In this document: positions 19,857 to 31,100 of the stretch, piece by piece | Position numbering within the stretch: position 1 is the first letter of the stretch | Layout of the letters: every line of letters starts with the position of its first letter | NCBI GenBank assembly: GCA_002344075.1 | Contig: DDTM01000057.1 | Span: 24,053 to 88,052, forward strand | DNA length: 64,000 bases | Direction: 5' to 3' | Source of the DNA: Bacteroidetes bacterium UBA2364 | GTDB lineage: Bacteria; Bacteroidota; Rhodothermia; Rhodothermales; UBA2364 | Position numbers and translations under genes: made by a program | The notes under the pieces: model-generated | Told to the model about the DNA's origin: nothing | The model's database searches: none | The model's input: only the letters and a program-made list of their open reading frames with translations

Positions 19857-22115
19857 ATGCGCATCCTGTTTTTATTGGGCTTGTTGCTGACGCCAACGCT
19901 ATTGAAGGCCCAAGGCACGGTAGCCGTTATCCCCCAACCCACTTCCATTACACCCGAAAGTGGGTTTTTTACTTTCCAGCCTTCTACTAAAATTGTGGTT
20001 TTGCCTGCTGGAAACAAGCGGGCGAAAGAAGTAGCCGCTTTTCTGCGTGACTGGCTGAACCAACAAGTTGGCATTAGGGCAAGCCTTCAGGCAGGGAGTC
20101 GTATTCCTGCTAGCGCCATTGTCCTTGCTTTAGAACGTCACGACGACATTACAGCCGCCGAAGGCTACGAACTCCGCATTCGTAACGGCCAGATCCGTCT
20201 CTCTGCCTCCGAGGAAAAGGGTTTGTTCTGGGCCGTACAAACCCTGCGTCAACTATTTTCGCCACGTATTGAAGGTGCAAATCCGCCGAAAAATCACCCC
20301 ATTAGCCTTCCGGCAGTCACCATAAAGGATGCGCCAAAGTTTGGCTGGCGTGGTAGTTTATTAGACGTGGGGCGGCATTTCTTTCCGGTCTCTTTTGTGA
20401 AGCGATACATAGACCTCCTCGCACAGTATAAAATGAATGTCTTGCATTGGCACCTGACCGAGGATCAGGGCTGGCGCATCGAAATCAAGAAATATCCCAA
20501 ACTGACAGAAGTGGGCGCATGGCGAACCGAAGCAGACGGCTCGCGGTATGGTGGATTTTATACCCAGCAAGAAATTCGGGAAGTGGTGGAGTATGCGCGT
20601 CTGCGCAACATTACCGTTGTGCCGGAAATTGAGATGCCCGGCCATTCTTCGGCGGCACTTGTGGCTTATCCGCAGTTTTCTTGCTCTGGCGAGACCAAAA
20701 CTATACCTATTACTTGGGGTGTATTTAACGATATTTATTGTGTGGCCAAGCCCGAGACCATGGCTTTTTTGAAAGATGTTTTGGATGAAGTTATGAGGCT
20801 GTTTCCCTCTAAATTCATCCATATTGGTGGAGACGAAGCCCCAAAAACTGCATGGAATGACTCTGAACTAACACAAGTTTTTATGCGGGAAAAGGGGCTA
20901 AAAAACGGCGAAGAACTCCAAAGTTGGTTCATCAAAGAAATAGATGCTTATGTTCGGAGCAAGGGTCGGGCCATTATTGGCTGGGACGAGATTTTGGAAG
21001 GTGGGCTTGCGTCGGGCGCAACCGTACAGGCGTGGCGCGACATCGAACATGCCCGCACCGCCACCAAATTGGGCAATTACGTCATCTCGTCGCCAACGAG
21101 TCATGCCTATTTTGATGGGCAACCAGATGGTTTACCCCTTGAAAAAGTATATGGGTTTGAACCAATTCCGGCAGGACTAACCTCGGAGGAGGCCGCTCGA
21201 ATACTCGGAGGCGAGGCCAATATCTGGACGGAATACATCACGACCGCGAATTTTGATGCGATGGTTTTTCCGCGCCTCTTGGCCATGTCGGAAGCTCTTT
21301 GGACGAAAAGTCCCCGATCTTATGCCGACTTTAAAGCCCGCCTAGACCGTGATCATTACCTGCGTCTGCGGCAATGGGGCGTACAAGTTGGTCCAGAGAA
21401 CCGCTCGCTTATTACCATGAAGCCCGTTTTTGATGCAGCATCGGGCAGTATCCGTGTGCAAGTGGAGGCCAACGTTTCCGGTATGGCACTACACTACACT
21501 ACTGATGGAAGCACACCGAAACCATCCTCATCTCGTTATACCCCAGAAGTGGTCTTTGATAAACCCGGCGATGTCTTGATTTTACCTTTATTAAATGGGG
21601 AACCACTCTTGCGCTCGGTACGATTTACGGTTCTCGAAAAACACTTGGCCGTTGGAAAAAAAGTCACCCTCACCCATCCACCGTCACCGCGTTATACCGG
21701 AATGGGCGACCAAACCCTGACCGATGGTGTACAGGGGTCGTTTACCTTCAATGATGGCCTTTGGCAAGGTTGGGGAGACCAAGATTTTGAGGCTGTCGTG
21801 GATCTTGGTACGCCGCAACCGATAAAAGACGTGGCGCTCTCCACCCTTCAGGTAAGTGGTTCATGGATTCTTTTGCCTAAAGAAGTAACTTTCTCAACCT
21901 CGTCTGATGGCAAAACATGGAGCATGCCCGCTCGCCTTACCCACGGTGAATCTCCTCGAAAATTAGAGGGTTTCCGCTATCTTTTTGTTCAACCCTTTGG
22001 CGGAGAATCCATCCGATACCTCCGCGTTACAGCGAAACGAGACACCCTTCCTGATTGGCACAATGGGCGTGGAACCCCTGCATGGGTTTTTATAGACGAA
22101 GTGGTGGTACGATAG
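19857..22115 (+). CDS. beta-N-acetylhexosaminidase (GH20) with C-terminal F5/8 type C domain
   Basis: 'LHWHLTEDQGWRIEI' and 'IHIGGDEAP' (catalytic D-E pair) are present, with a signal peptide and a discoidin-like tail 'LTDG...WQGW...SSDGKTW'. Confidence 0.92.
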   Translation: MRILFLLGLLLTPTLLKAQGTVAVIPQPTSITPESGFFTFQPSTKIVVLPAGNKRAKEVAAFLRDWLNQQVGIRASLQAGSRIPASAIVLALERHDDITAAEGYELRIRNGQIRLSASEEKGLFWAVQTLRQLFSPRIEGANPPKNHPISLPAVTIKDAPKFGWRGSLLDVGRHFFPVSFVKRYIDLLAQYKMNVLHWHLTEDQGWRIEIKKYPKLTEVGAWRTEADGSRYGGFYTQQEIREVVEYARLRNITVVPEIEMPGHSSAALVAYPQFSCSGETKTIPITWGVFNDIYCVAKPETMAFLKDVLDEVMRLFPSKFIHIGGDEAPKTAWNDSELTQVFMREKGLKNGEELQSWFIKEIDAYVRSKGRAIIGWDEILEGGLASGATVQAWRDIEHARTATKLGNYVISSPTSHAYFDGQPDGLPLEKVYGFEPIPAGLTSEEAARILGGEANIWTEYITTANFDAMVFPRLLAMSEALWTKSPRSYADFKARLDRDHYLRLRQWGVQVGPENRSLITMKPVFDAASGSIRVQVEANVSGMALHYTTDGSTPKPSSSRYTPEVVFDKPGDVLILPLLNGEPLLRSVRFTVLEKHLAVGKKVTLTHPPSPRYTGMGDQTLTDGVQGSFTFNDGLWQGWGDQDFEAVVDLGTPQPIKDVALSTLQVSGSWILLPKEVTFSTSSDGKTWSMPARLTHGESPRKLEGFRYLFVQPFGGESIRYLRVTAKRDTLPDWHNGRGTPAWVFIDEVVVR

Positions 22116-22143
22116 TCCTCGCCAAACAAGCTTATAACAAGAC

Positions 22144-22192
22144 AAAGTTTTGCAGGTAGCCTTTCGTGCTTCATGCAAAACTTTTTGTTTTT
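22144..22192 (+). terminator. intrinsic terminator after the GH20 gene
   Basis: 11-bp stem AAAGTTTTGCA / TGCAAAACTTT with a 19-nt loop, followed by TTGTTTTTA. Confidence 0.55.
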
Positions 22193-22677
22193 ACGGCCTC
22201 ACGATACATTAAAGAAATCCATTGAACCCTAAAACAGGGCTACACCCTCCCCGTATTCCTCCTTTGCCGCCTTGTCTGGCTACTTTTTTACCGTCTTAAT
22301 GCTCTTTTCGTGGCTCTTGATCCAAATATCTGGTCAAAAAACCTAAATAAAGCATCTTTAGTTTTAGGGTATAGAAAATAAAAACCATTGCCCTGTATTC
22401 GTGTCTGGATTATGTCTGGTGAAAATACTGTATTTGAAACCCTGAGGCCTTTTGCCATATCCTCCAGAATGATTTACCTTCAACACCAGAGTTATAAAAG
22501 CGCTTTCGGTGGAGCAAAGAAATAAGTTCTTAAATGTTTCATGAAGAGCATCAGTTGGTTCGCCCCAGCCAATGTGACGAAAACAAAAGACCTCTTCCCT
22601 TTTCCATCAGTTAGCAAAATCCCAATGCCCAAAACCACTGGCAAAGTGCCTGTTAACCAATTAAATGATTTTTTAGT

Positions 22678-25600
22678 ATGAAACAGTTTTTATTGGTTTT
22701 ATCCCTCGCCACGTTACCGCTTATGGCTTTCGCACAATCCGGCAAAACCACAATCCTACAGGATGCGTCTGGGATCTCCCTTGTGGTAGATGGTAAGCCG
22801 CTCATGGTGAATGGTATGAACTGGGATTATTTCCCGATTGGTACCAACTTTAATTATAGCCTGTGGAATCAGTCTGAAGCAACCATTAAAGCGGCTTTAG
22901 ACGAAGAGATGGCGCTCTTGAAAAACATGAACGTAAACGCGATCCGTGTTTATACAGGCATTCCTAAAAAGTGGATCGAATATATCTACGACAATTATGG
23001 AATCTACACCATGCTCAATCATTCGTTTGGTCGGTATGGACTAACCATAGAGGGAGCTTGGGTTGCCAATACCGATTATGCAGACCCCAAAACCAAGGCA
23101 TTGCTTCTGAAGGAAGTCACCGAGATGGTGGCCAACTATAAAAATACCAGAGGCTTGCTTTTATATCTTTTGGGAAATGAAAATAACTACGGCCTCTTTT
23201 GGTCGGGTGCCGAGACAGAAGACATTCCAATGGCAGATAGGCAATCTACCAAAAGAGCAAGATATATGTATAAACTCTTCAATGAGGCTGCCCTTGCGAT
23301 GAAGGCCATTGACAAAAGCTATCCGGTTGCCTTGTGTAATGGCGACTTGCTTTTCTTGGATATTATCGCGCAAGAATGTCCGGATGTGGATATTTTTGGG
23401 ACAAATGTGTATCGTGGTGTTTCTTTTGGAGACTTGTTCGAGCGGGTAAAAAAAGAGTACGGGAAGCCAGTTCTTTTTACAGAGTTCGGCTCGGATGCCT
23501 TTAATGCACTCACCAACGACGAAGACCAAAAAGCACAAGCCTATTACCTAAAAGAGAATTGGAAAGAAATTTACCTCAATGCCAAGGGCTTGGGTAAAGC
23601 AGGGAACTCCATTGGCGGATTTACTTTTCAATTTAGTGATGGATGGTGGAAATATGGACAAACCAAAAATTTGGATATTCATGACAGCAACGCCTCGTGG
23701 GGGAACGGAGGCTATCAGTTCGACTATCGTGAAGGCCAGAACAACATGAATGAAGAGTGGTTTGGCATCTGTGCAAAAGGGCCGACCAATGCACAAGGCT
23801 TATACCAACTCTATCCGCGTGCTGCTTATTATTTATTGAAAGATGCGCATCAACTAAATCCTTATACAAATGGGACGACGGCGGCAAAAGTAGAGGCCCA
23901 TTTTGCGGCAACGAACATCATGGATGCTGTCTTGAGGGCACGATCAGACAAAGCCGCCATTCAAGGACAATCCGGCGAAAAAATTAAACTATCGCGATTT
24001 ACTGCAGAGTTTTCCACCTTCAACACTGGTGGGAGCCTCATTTCAACACCAACAACAGCGGCGTCCAACAGTAGCGATTACCCCAAACAATTAGGGTTCG
24101 ATCATATGCAGTCGTTTTATGTTGGGATAGAGGCAAAACCTGTTGCCAACATGATGGCCAATGTCACCTTTAATGTCTTAGGAAATGTGGCTCAAAATCC
24201 GATAGACCAAATCTTTTATGAAAACCGAGGCCGACCCGTTGTTTTAAATTCTGACAATGGAAACGTGCAATTGGATGATGCAAACCGCGTGCAAGTATAT
24301 AGTGCAAGCTATAATTGGAATCATGACTGGTTTAATCTAAACGGATTTTACAGAACGGGACACTATCACTGGGGCTACGAAGGCGACTTCTTCGGCCTGT
24401 ATCCTGAAGCCAATTATGGCCCAATGATTGACATTTATAATGCCACAGCGCCTCTTGGTTTTGAAGTAGAAGGCAAGAAAGCGCTCAAACATTTCAAGGC
24501 TGCTTTCGGGCCACAATTATGGTGGGGTGCAAATCCGGCATTTTTGCTCAAATATGGCCGCAAAGTCGGAAACTCGGAACTGACGGGCCTATATCACGAA
24601 GACCTACAAGAACAAGGGAATGTACAAAGCTCGTTTGCCGTCCCACAACCCAAAACAAGAAGGGTAACGCTGCATTTAAACCGCAAATTAAATAAATTCA
24701 TTTTCGATTTAGGTGGAATTTGGGCAGGCCAACCCCTCAATGGTAGGGTGTACCAAGTACAACGAGGTGCCGAGGGAAATTATCAGGTATTTCAGCACAA
24801 AATTGAAGGCAAAGACAACTGGGGCGGAAAAGCAAAAATCACCTATACGGGTGGGAAGTTCAATTGGTATGCCCAAGGGGCTGCCCAAGGTCTGGTGGCT
24901 TCCGGCGGCGCTGATCTAACGAAAACCTTTACCGGATGGCGCTTGAAAGACAGCGGAAGTGGCAATCAGTACAATTTTTTAACGGGCTTTACCCTTGCTA
25001 CTGGCCAACTACAAATTGCTCCCAACTTTTTGTGGCAAAAACCCATTGAAGGCCCCATCAGTACCGATGTTCCCGCACCGGGAAGGCCGCGAAACATCCT
25101 CACAGACCCGTTTGCGGTACGGGCAAATAGAGAGCAAATTGCCGGAGAAATCTTATTCAGCTACGATCCAACACCCGCCTCTTGGATGTACGAGTGGGAC
25201 AACGACCGCGCAGAAGATGCACCTTTTGCAATGAACCTGGGCTTTATTTATCGTCACCTCCCCACCACCCAAGATGCCGCAATTGGGATATTCCCAGATG
25301 GCAGAAGTTCTTTCCCATTCAATGGGGCACCTCCAGCCAAAGATCTTTGGGAAATACATTCCAGAATGGTCTCGAAGATTAGTCCGGAATTGGGGATTAT
25401 CGCCAACCTTTTTGCCGGAACTGCACAAGCAAACGGGAGTGATCCGCGAACCGTCACAAGATTTGGTGGAGATCTGCGGGCCGTATTTAATAAAAGTAAA
25501 TTAATTGCTTCGGCAAAAATAAATGATTGGGGACCGTTCGATTATCACCGAGATTTTAACCTGACCTTCCCTATTCAATTAATGGCAGATTTATCTACCG

Positions 25601-25815
25601 AAATTGCAAAGCCAGATTGGTTTGCATTGCCAGGAACGCGCATTGGATTACGGGGTGTCTGGAGGACTTTAGACCGCTATTCCCCACGCTATAATCCAAC
25701 GCAAATGTTGGATGCTTATGGGAAATGGGTACCCAATCCCAATGCTGTTGGTTATCCAAATGGTACGGAATGGGAAATTAGAACCTATGTCCATATCAAC
25801 TTGGGAAACAAATAA
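22678..25815 (+). CDS. secreted clan GH-A glycosidase domain fused to a ~620-aa putative beta-barrel region
   Basis: Signal peptide. (beta/alpha)8 signatures are 'NAIRVY', acid/base 'LLGNENNY' (Glu codon 23179-23181) and nucleophile 'LFTEFGSD' (Glu codon 23482-23484). The C-terminal region is rich in alternating amphipathic strands. Confidence 0.75.
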   Translation: MKQFLLVLSLATLPLMAFAQSGKTTILQDASGISLVVDGKPLMVNGMNWDYFPIGTNFNYSLWNQSEATIKAALDEEMALLKNMNVNAIRVYTGIPKKWIEYIYDNYGIYTMLNHSFGRYGLTIEGAWVANTDYADPKTKALLLKEVTEMVANYKNTRGLLLYLLGNENNYGLFWSGAETEDIPMADRQSTKRARYMYKLFNEAALAMKAIDKSYPVALCNGDLLFLDIIAQECPDVDIFGTNVYRGVSFGDLFERVKKEYGKPVLFTEFGSDAFNALTNDEDQKAQAYYLKENWKEIYLNAKGLGKAGNSIGGFTFQFSDGWWKYGQTKNLDIHDSNASWGNGGYQFDYREGQNNMNEEWFGICAKGPTNAQGLYQLYPRAAYYLLKDAHQLNPYTNGTTAAKVEAHFAATNIMDAVLRARSDKAAIQGQSGEKIKLSRFTAEFSTFNTGGSLISTPTTAASNSSDYPKQLGFDHMQSFYVGIEAKPVANMMANVTFNVLGNVAQNPIDQIFYENRGRPVVLNSDNGNVQLDDANRVQVYSASYNWNHDWFNLNGFYRTGHYHWGYEGDFFGLYPEANYGPMIDIYNATAPLGFEVEGKKALKHFKAAFGPQLWWGANPAFLLKYGRKVGNSELTGLYHEDLQEQGNVQSSFAVPQPKTRRVTLHLNRKLNKFIFDLGGIWAGQPLNGRVYQVQRGAEGNYQVFQHKIEGKDNWGGKAKITYTGGKFNWYAQGAAQGLVASGGADLTKTFTGWRLKDSGSGNQYNFLTGFTLATGQLQIAPNFLWQKPIEGPISTDVPAPGRPRNILTDPFAVRANREQIAGEILFSYDPTPASWMYEWDNDRAEDAPFAMNLGFIYRHLPTTQDAAIGIFPDGRSSFPFNGAPPAKDLWEIHSRMVSKISPELGIIANLFAGTAQANGSDPRTVTRFGGDLRAVFNKSKLIASAKINDWGPFDYHRDFNLTFPIQLMADLSTEIAKPDWFALPGTRIGLRGVWRTLDRYSPRYNPTQMLDAYGKWVPNPNAVGYPNGTEWEIRTYVHINLGNK

Positions 25816-25866
25816 TGTAATTGAAGGGCAGTCCATTTATCATATTCACAGTCAATCTGAAATTCG

Positions 25867-27270
25867 ATGAAAAACAATAAATCAATGAATCGTTTGCTCA
25901 GTGTAATAGGAGTTGTTTTTTACACACTATTATTGAGTGGTTGCCAAAACGATGACAGCGTTTTTACGGCTGCAACCTATCCAAATAACCCCGATGTTTT
26001 TCTGGATTCATTTTCTGGAGGCTTGAATTATGCCGCATTTTCAGGTACTGTACCCACGGCTTTTCAGGTGGATAAAAAAGTTACCTATAACAATACGGCC
26101 CAATCCATGCGGTTTGATGTACCCAACGCAGGAGACCGCTTAGGAACATATGCCGGAGGTGCTTTTTTTACGCATGTTGGCAGAGACCTGACACAATACG
26201 ATGCCCTTACCTTTTGGGTAAAAGCGACGGAGGCCGCAACCATCGGCGCCATTGGTTTTGGAGTTGACTTAGGCGAGAACAAGTTTCAAGCAGGCTTTAG
26301 CGACCTGAAAGTGGGTACTACATGGCAAAAAGTCATCATCCCAATTCCCAATCCAGCCGCTCTGAAAAATGAAAAAGGGTTGTTTTATGTTTCTGCGGGC
26401 AATCAGAGTGGTAATGGATATTCTTTTTGGGTAGACGAAGTGCAGTTCGAAAAATTAGGAACCATTGCGCATCCACAACCCTCCATATTGAACGGCGAAA
26501 ATCAAAATAAATTTGGCTTTGTTGGAATTAATACCAATGTTTCCAACCTACAGGTCCTCTTCAATATGCCTTGGGGAGAAAATAAGGGAGTTAATGTTAC
26601 TCCACATTATTTTACTTTCATCAGCTCAAAGCCAGAAGTTGCTTCCGTAGATACAAAAGGTGTTGCAACCATTGTAGGACAAGGCACGACCACCATAACG
26701 GCTAAATTAGGAGATATTACGGCAAAAGGTAGCCTTACCCTCACTGGTACAGGTGTTTTTGTTCCAGCACCAACACCCAATAGAGCCGCAAGCCGTGTCA
26801 TTTCCATATTTAGTGATGGCTATACCAATGTTCCGGTAGAATATTATAATGGTTATTGGGCACCCTACCAAACCACCCAATCTGCAGATTTTAAAATTAA
26901 TAATGACAATGTATTGAATTATACGGCGTTTAATTTTGTGGGAATCCAGTTTGCAAATCCCGTTATTAATGCCAGTGCAATGACCCATTTTCATGCAGAT
27001 ATTTTCATACCCGGTACACTCGCAGCAGGCGCAACGTTCAAAATCCAACTTGTTGACTTTGGTGCAGATGGTGTTTTTGGAGGGGGGAACGACAAAAATC
27101 ATACGACCACGTACACGGCACCGACCCTTGGTGGAAATCGGTGGATAAGCATTGATATTCCTTTCTCAGTAATGACTGGGCTAACAAGTAGAACAAGTTT
27201 GGCACAGATTGTTTTTGAAGGGACGAATATCAGTAATTTTTATGCTGATAATATTTATTTTTACAATTAA
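25867..27270 (+). CDS. surface glycan-binding-type lipoprotein (CBM-like / Big_2 / CBM-like)
   Basis: Lipobox 'LLSGC'. Central Big_2-like segment 'VASVDTKGVATIVGQGTTTITAKLGDITAKGSLTL', flanked by jelly-roll-like modules ('YSFWVDEVQFEK', 'ISIFSDGYTNV...NIYFY'). Confidence 0.65.
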   Translation: MKNNKSMNRLLSVIGVVFYTLLLSGCQNDDSVFTAATYPNNPDVFLDSFSGGLNYAAFSGTVPTAFQVDKKVTYNNTAQSMRFDVPNAGDRLGTYAGGAFFTHVGRDLTQYDALTFWVKATEAATIGAIGFGVDLGENKFQAGFSDLKVGTTWQKVIIPIPNPAALKNEKGLFYVSAGNQSGNGYSFWVDEVQFEKLGTIAHPQPSILNGENQNKFGFVGINTNVSNLQVLFNMPWGENKGVNVTPHYFTFISSKPEVASVDTKGVATIVGQGTTTITAKLGDITAKGSLTLTGTGVFVPAPTPNRAASRVISIFSDGYTNVPVEYYNGYWAPYQTTQSADFKINNDNVLNYTAFNFVGIQFANPVINASAMTHFHADIFIPGTLAAGATFKIQLVDFGADGVFGGGNDKNHTTTYTAPTLGGNRWISIDIPFSVMTGLTSRTSLAQIVFEGTNISNFYADNIYFYN

Positions 27271-28142
27271 TGCACTCCACTTTTAAAACCACAAATACAA
27301 TGAGAAATTTTAGATATACCTCTATATATTGGGGTCTCACTGGCATTTTGTTCTTTTTCTTGACAAGTGGTTGCGATCTAAAAGAAGGGCAAAATCTACC
27401 TGAAAGAAATTGGAGCCTGACTTGGTCAGACGAGTTCGATGGACAAGCCGGAGCACTACCTAATGCTCAGAAATGGGCCTTTGATATTGGCAGAGGCGAT
27501 AATGGATGGGGTAATTCGGAGCTACAATACTACACCAACAGACCACAAAATGCTGCTTTAGACGGAAATGGAAATCTCGTTATTACGGCTATAAAGGAAA
27601 ACTTCGGAGGTGCTAGCTATACCTCTGCTCGTCTTAAAACAAAAGATATTTTCACCCAAAAATATGGCCGTTTTGAGGCCCGTATTCAAACGCCATATGG
27701 CCAAGGAATTTGGCCCGCTTTCTGGATGTTGGGCGATAACATCGAAACCGCAACTTGGCCTTTGTGTGGTGAAATAGATGTCATGGAACAACGTGGACAA
27801 GAGCCTTCTGTTCTGAATGGCTCCCTCCATGGTCCCGGCTTTTCTGGTGCAAATCCGTTAACGGGAAAATATGTCCTTAAAAACAGCCGATTTGATACCG
27901 GATTTCATGTCTATGCGGTTGAGTGGTTTGAAGATAGAATTGACTTTTTTGTAGACGACCTGCTCTATCATCGGATCACCAAAAAAGATATTCCTGCAAA
28001 TGGACAATGGGTTTATGATCATCCATTCTTTATGATTCTGAATGTGGCAGTAGGTGGAAACTATGTGGGAGCGCCTAATACGGGCACCAATTTTCCACAA
28101 AAAATGATCATTGACTACGTGAAGGTTTATCAGGAAATGTAA
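27270..28142 (+). CDS. GH16 endo-beta-1,3-glucanase (laminarinase-type) lipoprotein
   Basis: Catalytic 'GEIDVMEQ' (ExDxxE), with 'WSDEFDG', 'WPAFWML' and 'YAVEW'. The ATG overlaps the upstream TAA (TAATG). An alternative start at 27300 (MRNFRY...) gives a cleaner lipoprotein signal 'LTSGC'. Confidence 0.9.
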   Translation: MHSTFKTTNTMRNFRYTSIYWGLTGILFFFLTSGCDLKEGQNLPERNWSLTWSDEFDGQAGALPNAQKWAFDIGRGDNGWGNSELQYYTNRPQNAALDGNGNLVITAIKENFGGASYTSARLKTKDIFTQKYGRFEARIQTPYGQGIWPAFWMLGDNIETATWPLCGEIDVMEQRGQEPSVLNGSLHGPGFSGANPLTGKYVLKNSRFDTGFHVYAVEWFEDRIDFFVDDLLYHRITKKDIPANGQWVYDHPFFMILNVAVGGNYVGAPNTGTNFPQKMIIDYVKVYQEM

Positions 28143-28186
28143 TATTTTTTGCATGAATAACCCATTTTTTCCTAAAACTCTCAAGA

Positions 28187-31100
28187 ATGAAACAGGTTGT
28201 CTTCGGTAATACTACATTTTATCAAATTAGTAATATTGATAAAATGAGACCATTTTTTATGACAATTTTGAGTTCCTCGAATCATTGGATGTTTATTTCG
28301 AGTAACGGCGGACTTACAGCAGGTCGGACAAGTGCTGACTTTTCGCTTTTTCCTTATTACACCGAAGATAAAATCGCAGATTCTGCCGAATATACTGGCT
28401 CTAAAACCATTATTCGAGGTAAAAATAAGGCAGGTAGTTACGTCTGGGAACCCTTCTCTACGAGAAATCAAGGTCATTTTGAAACCCAGCGGAATTTGTA
28501 TAAAAGCGTTTATGGAAATGAGCTTATTTTTGAAGAAATTAACCAGACTCATGGGCTAATTTTCAGATACCAGTGGAGCAATGCTGCCCAATATGGCTTT
28601 GTTCGAAAGGCAACATTGGTTAATCTAAACACCGAAGATTGCCAAATTGAGGTACTTGATGGTCTCCAGAATATACTTCCGGCAGGAGTTGGCAGCAATT
28701 TACAAAACTTTTACAGTAATTTGGTGGATGCCTACAAACAAAGTGAGTTGGTAGTGCCATCAGGCTTGGGCATCTACGCCCTTTCAGCCATTATTGTGGA
28801 TCGGGCGGAGCCCAGTGAGGCACTCAAAGCGAATACTGTTTGGTCGTTTGGGCTTCGCAACCCTATTAATTTACTCTCTAACTTTCAATTAGAATCATTT
28901 AGGAATGGAATGACCATCCTTCCTGAAATTGAAAACAAAGGCGAAAAGGGAGCTTATTTTATCTGTGAAACCCTAACACTACCTGCAAATAATGCTAAAG
29001 AATGGTATATGGTGGCCGATGTTCATAAAAATCACAGTGAGGTCATCCATTTAATTGAAGCCCTTAAACAACCTGACCGTTTGATAAAAGGTGTTTTAGC
29101 AAATGTAATGGAAGGAACAAAGAATCTCCTTAAACTAGCTTGTAATGCAGATGGATTGCAAACCACATCTGACCCCCTTAAAGACTCCAGACATTTTTCC
29201 AATGTCTTATTCAACATTATGAGAGGTGGTATTTTTGATGATCAATACTTTATTTCAAAATCAGATTTTCTATCTTACCTCAACAAAGCAAATAAACATA
29301 TTTTTGAACTAATTTCAGTAGAAGCGATAAAATGGCCTGAAAAATTTGAATTTAATTTTATAAAAAAATCAGATCTATTTAATAAAAATATTGACTTTCA
29401 AAGACTAAGTAAGGAATATTTACCTTTGTATTTCAGTCGAAGACATGGGGATCCCTCGCGTCCATGGAATCAGTTTCATGTAAATACCATACATGAAACT
29501 GATGGCAGCAAAGTGCTGGATTATCAAGGGAATTGGCGTGATATTTTTCAAAATTGGGAAGCATTGGCTATATCTTTTCCGGACTATGCAGAAAGTATGA
29601 TTTATAAATTCTTAAATGCAACCACGTTTGAAGGATACAACCCTTACAGAGTAAGTAAAGATGGTTTTGATTGGGAAATTATTGAGCCAGATGACCCTTG
29701 GGCATATATCGGATATTGGGGAGACCATCAAGTTATTTATTTGTTGAAGTTCTTGGAATTTATAACTGCTTATAAGCCTGGTTTATTAGAGAATTTATTT
29801 GATAAAGAATGCTTTGTCTATGCCCATATCCCTTATAAAATAAAAAAATATCAAGACATTATTCTCAATCCCAAGGATACCATTACATTCGATCATGCAA
29901 TGGACCTACGTATTCGGGAAGAAAGAACACTTATTGGATCTGATGCTTGTTTGATTAAAGATGAAAATAATAACATTCACCATGTTAACTTCATTGAAAA
30001 AATTCTCGCTGTTATTTTATCTAAGATATCTAACTTTATCCCCGAAGCGGGTATTTGGATGAATACTCAAAGACCTGAATGGAATGATGCGAACAATGCG
30101 TTGGTTGGAAATGGTGTTTCGATGGTTACGTTGTATTATTTACGTCGCTTTTTGGTCTTTTTTGAAAAGATATTAAATACATCTACAGTTAGCGAAGTTA
30201 AAATTTCGCAAGAACTCATTGACTGCTACAAGAATATTCGGAAAATTCTGGAAGAAAATGTAATTTTACTCGCGTCAAAAATCAGCGATAATGATCGTAA
30301 AAATATTGTGGATCAAATTGGTGAAGCGGCAAGTTCCTACCGCTGGCATGTATATGATCATGGATTTTGGGGTAAAAAGCGCACTATCTCAATTGAAGGT
30401 ATTCAACGATTTAACAAGATATCTTTACAGTTTATTGATCACGCTATCGAATCCAACCAAAGACCAGATGGGCTATATCATGCATATAATTTAGCCTCAT
30501 TTGAAGGTGAAACTGTGAAGATATCTCACCTTACCGTGATGTTAGAAGGCCAAGTAGCTGCGCTGAGCGCGGGAATATTAGATGCGAAACAAGTGGTGCA
30601 GGTTTTAAATGCATTAAAGCAAAGCCCCTTATATGACCAAGACCGAAATAGCTATATTTTATATCCAAATAAGAAGTTGCCGGGCTTTCTGGAAAAAAAC
30701 ACATTTGATGAATCGGAAATAAAAGACTGCCAATTAATTATTGAATTAATTGACAAAGGAGATAAGTCAATTATCGAGAAAGATATATTAGGATATTATC
30801 ATTTTCATAAAGATTTCAAAAATATTAATGATTTAAAAGATGGATTAACAAAATTAATTTCTCATAATTATGTACACTATAATAAAACTGAATTAGATAA
30901 AATATATTCCATCTACGAAAAAATATTTAATCACAAAGCCTTTACAGGGAGATCCGGTACTTTTTATGCCTATGAAGGGTTAGGTTCGATTTATTGGCAT
31001 ATGGTTTCAAAGTTATTATTGGCTGTTGTAGAAAATATTTTTAAAGCATATCACGAAAAAGCAGATAAAAAACACTGCGATGCTCTGATTAAGCACTACT

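Noticed and set aside
22200-22677. Structured RNA or small regulator gene in the 560-bp leader of the glucan locus
   Set aside because: The only feature is a 9-nt inverted match (CCCTAAAAC at ~22227 and GTTTTAGGG at ~22362) separated by 130 nt, which is compatible with chance. There is no ORF of at least 60 aa and no recognisable riboswitch core.
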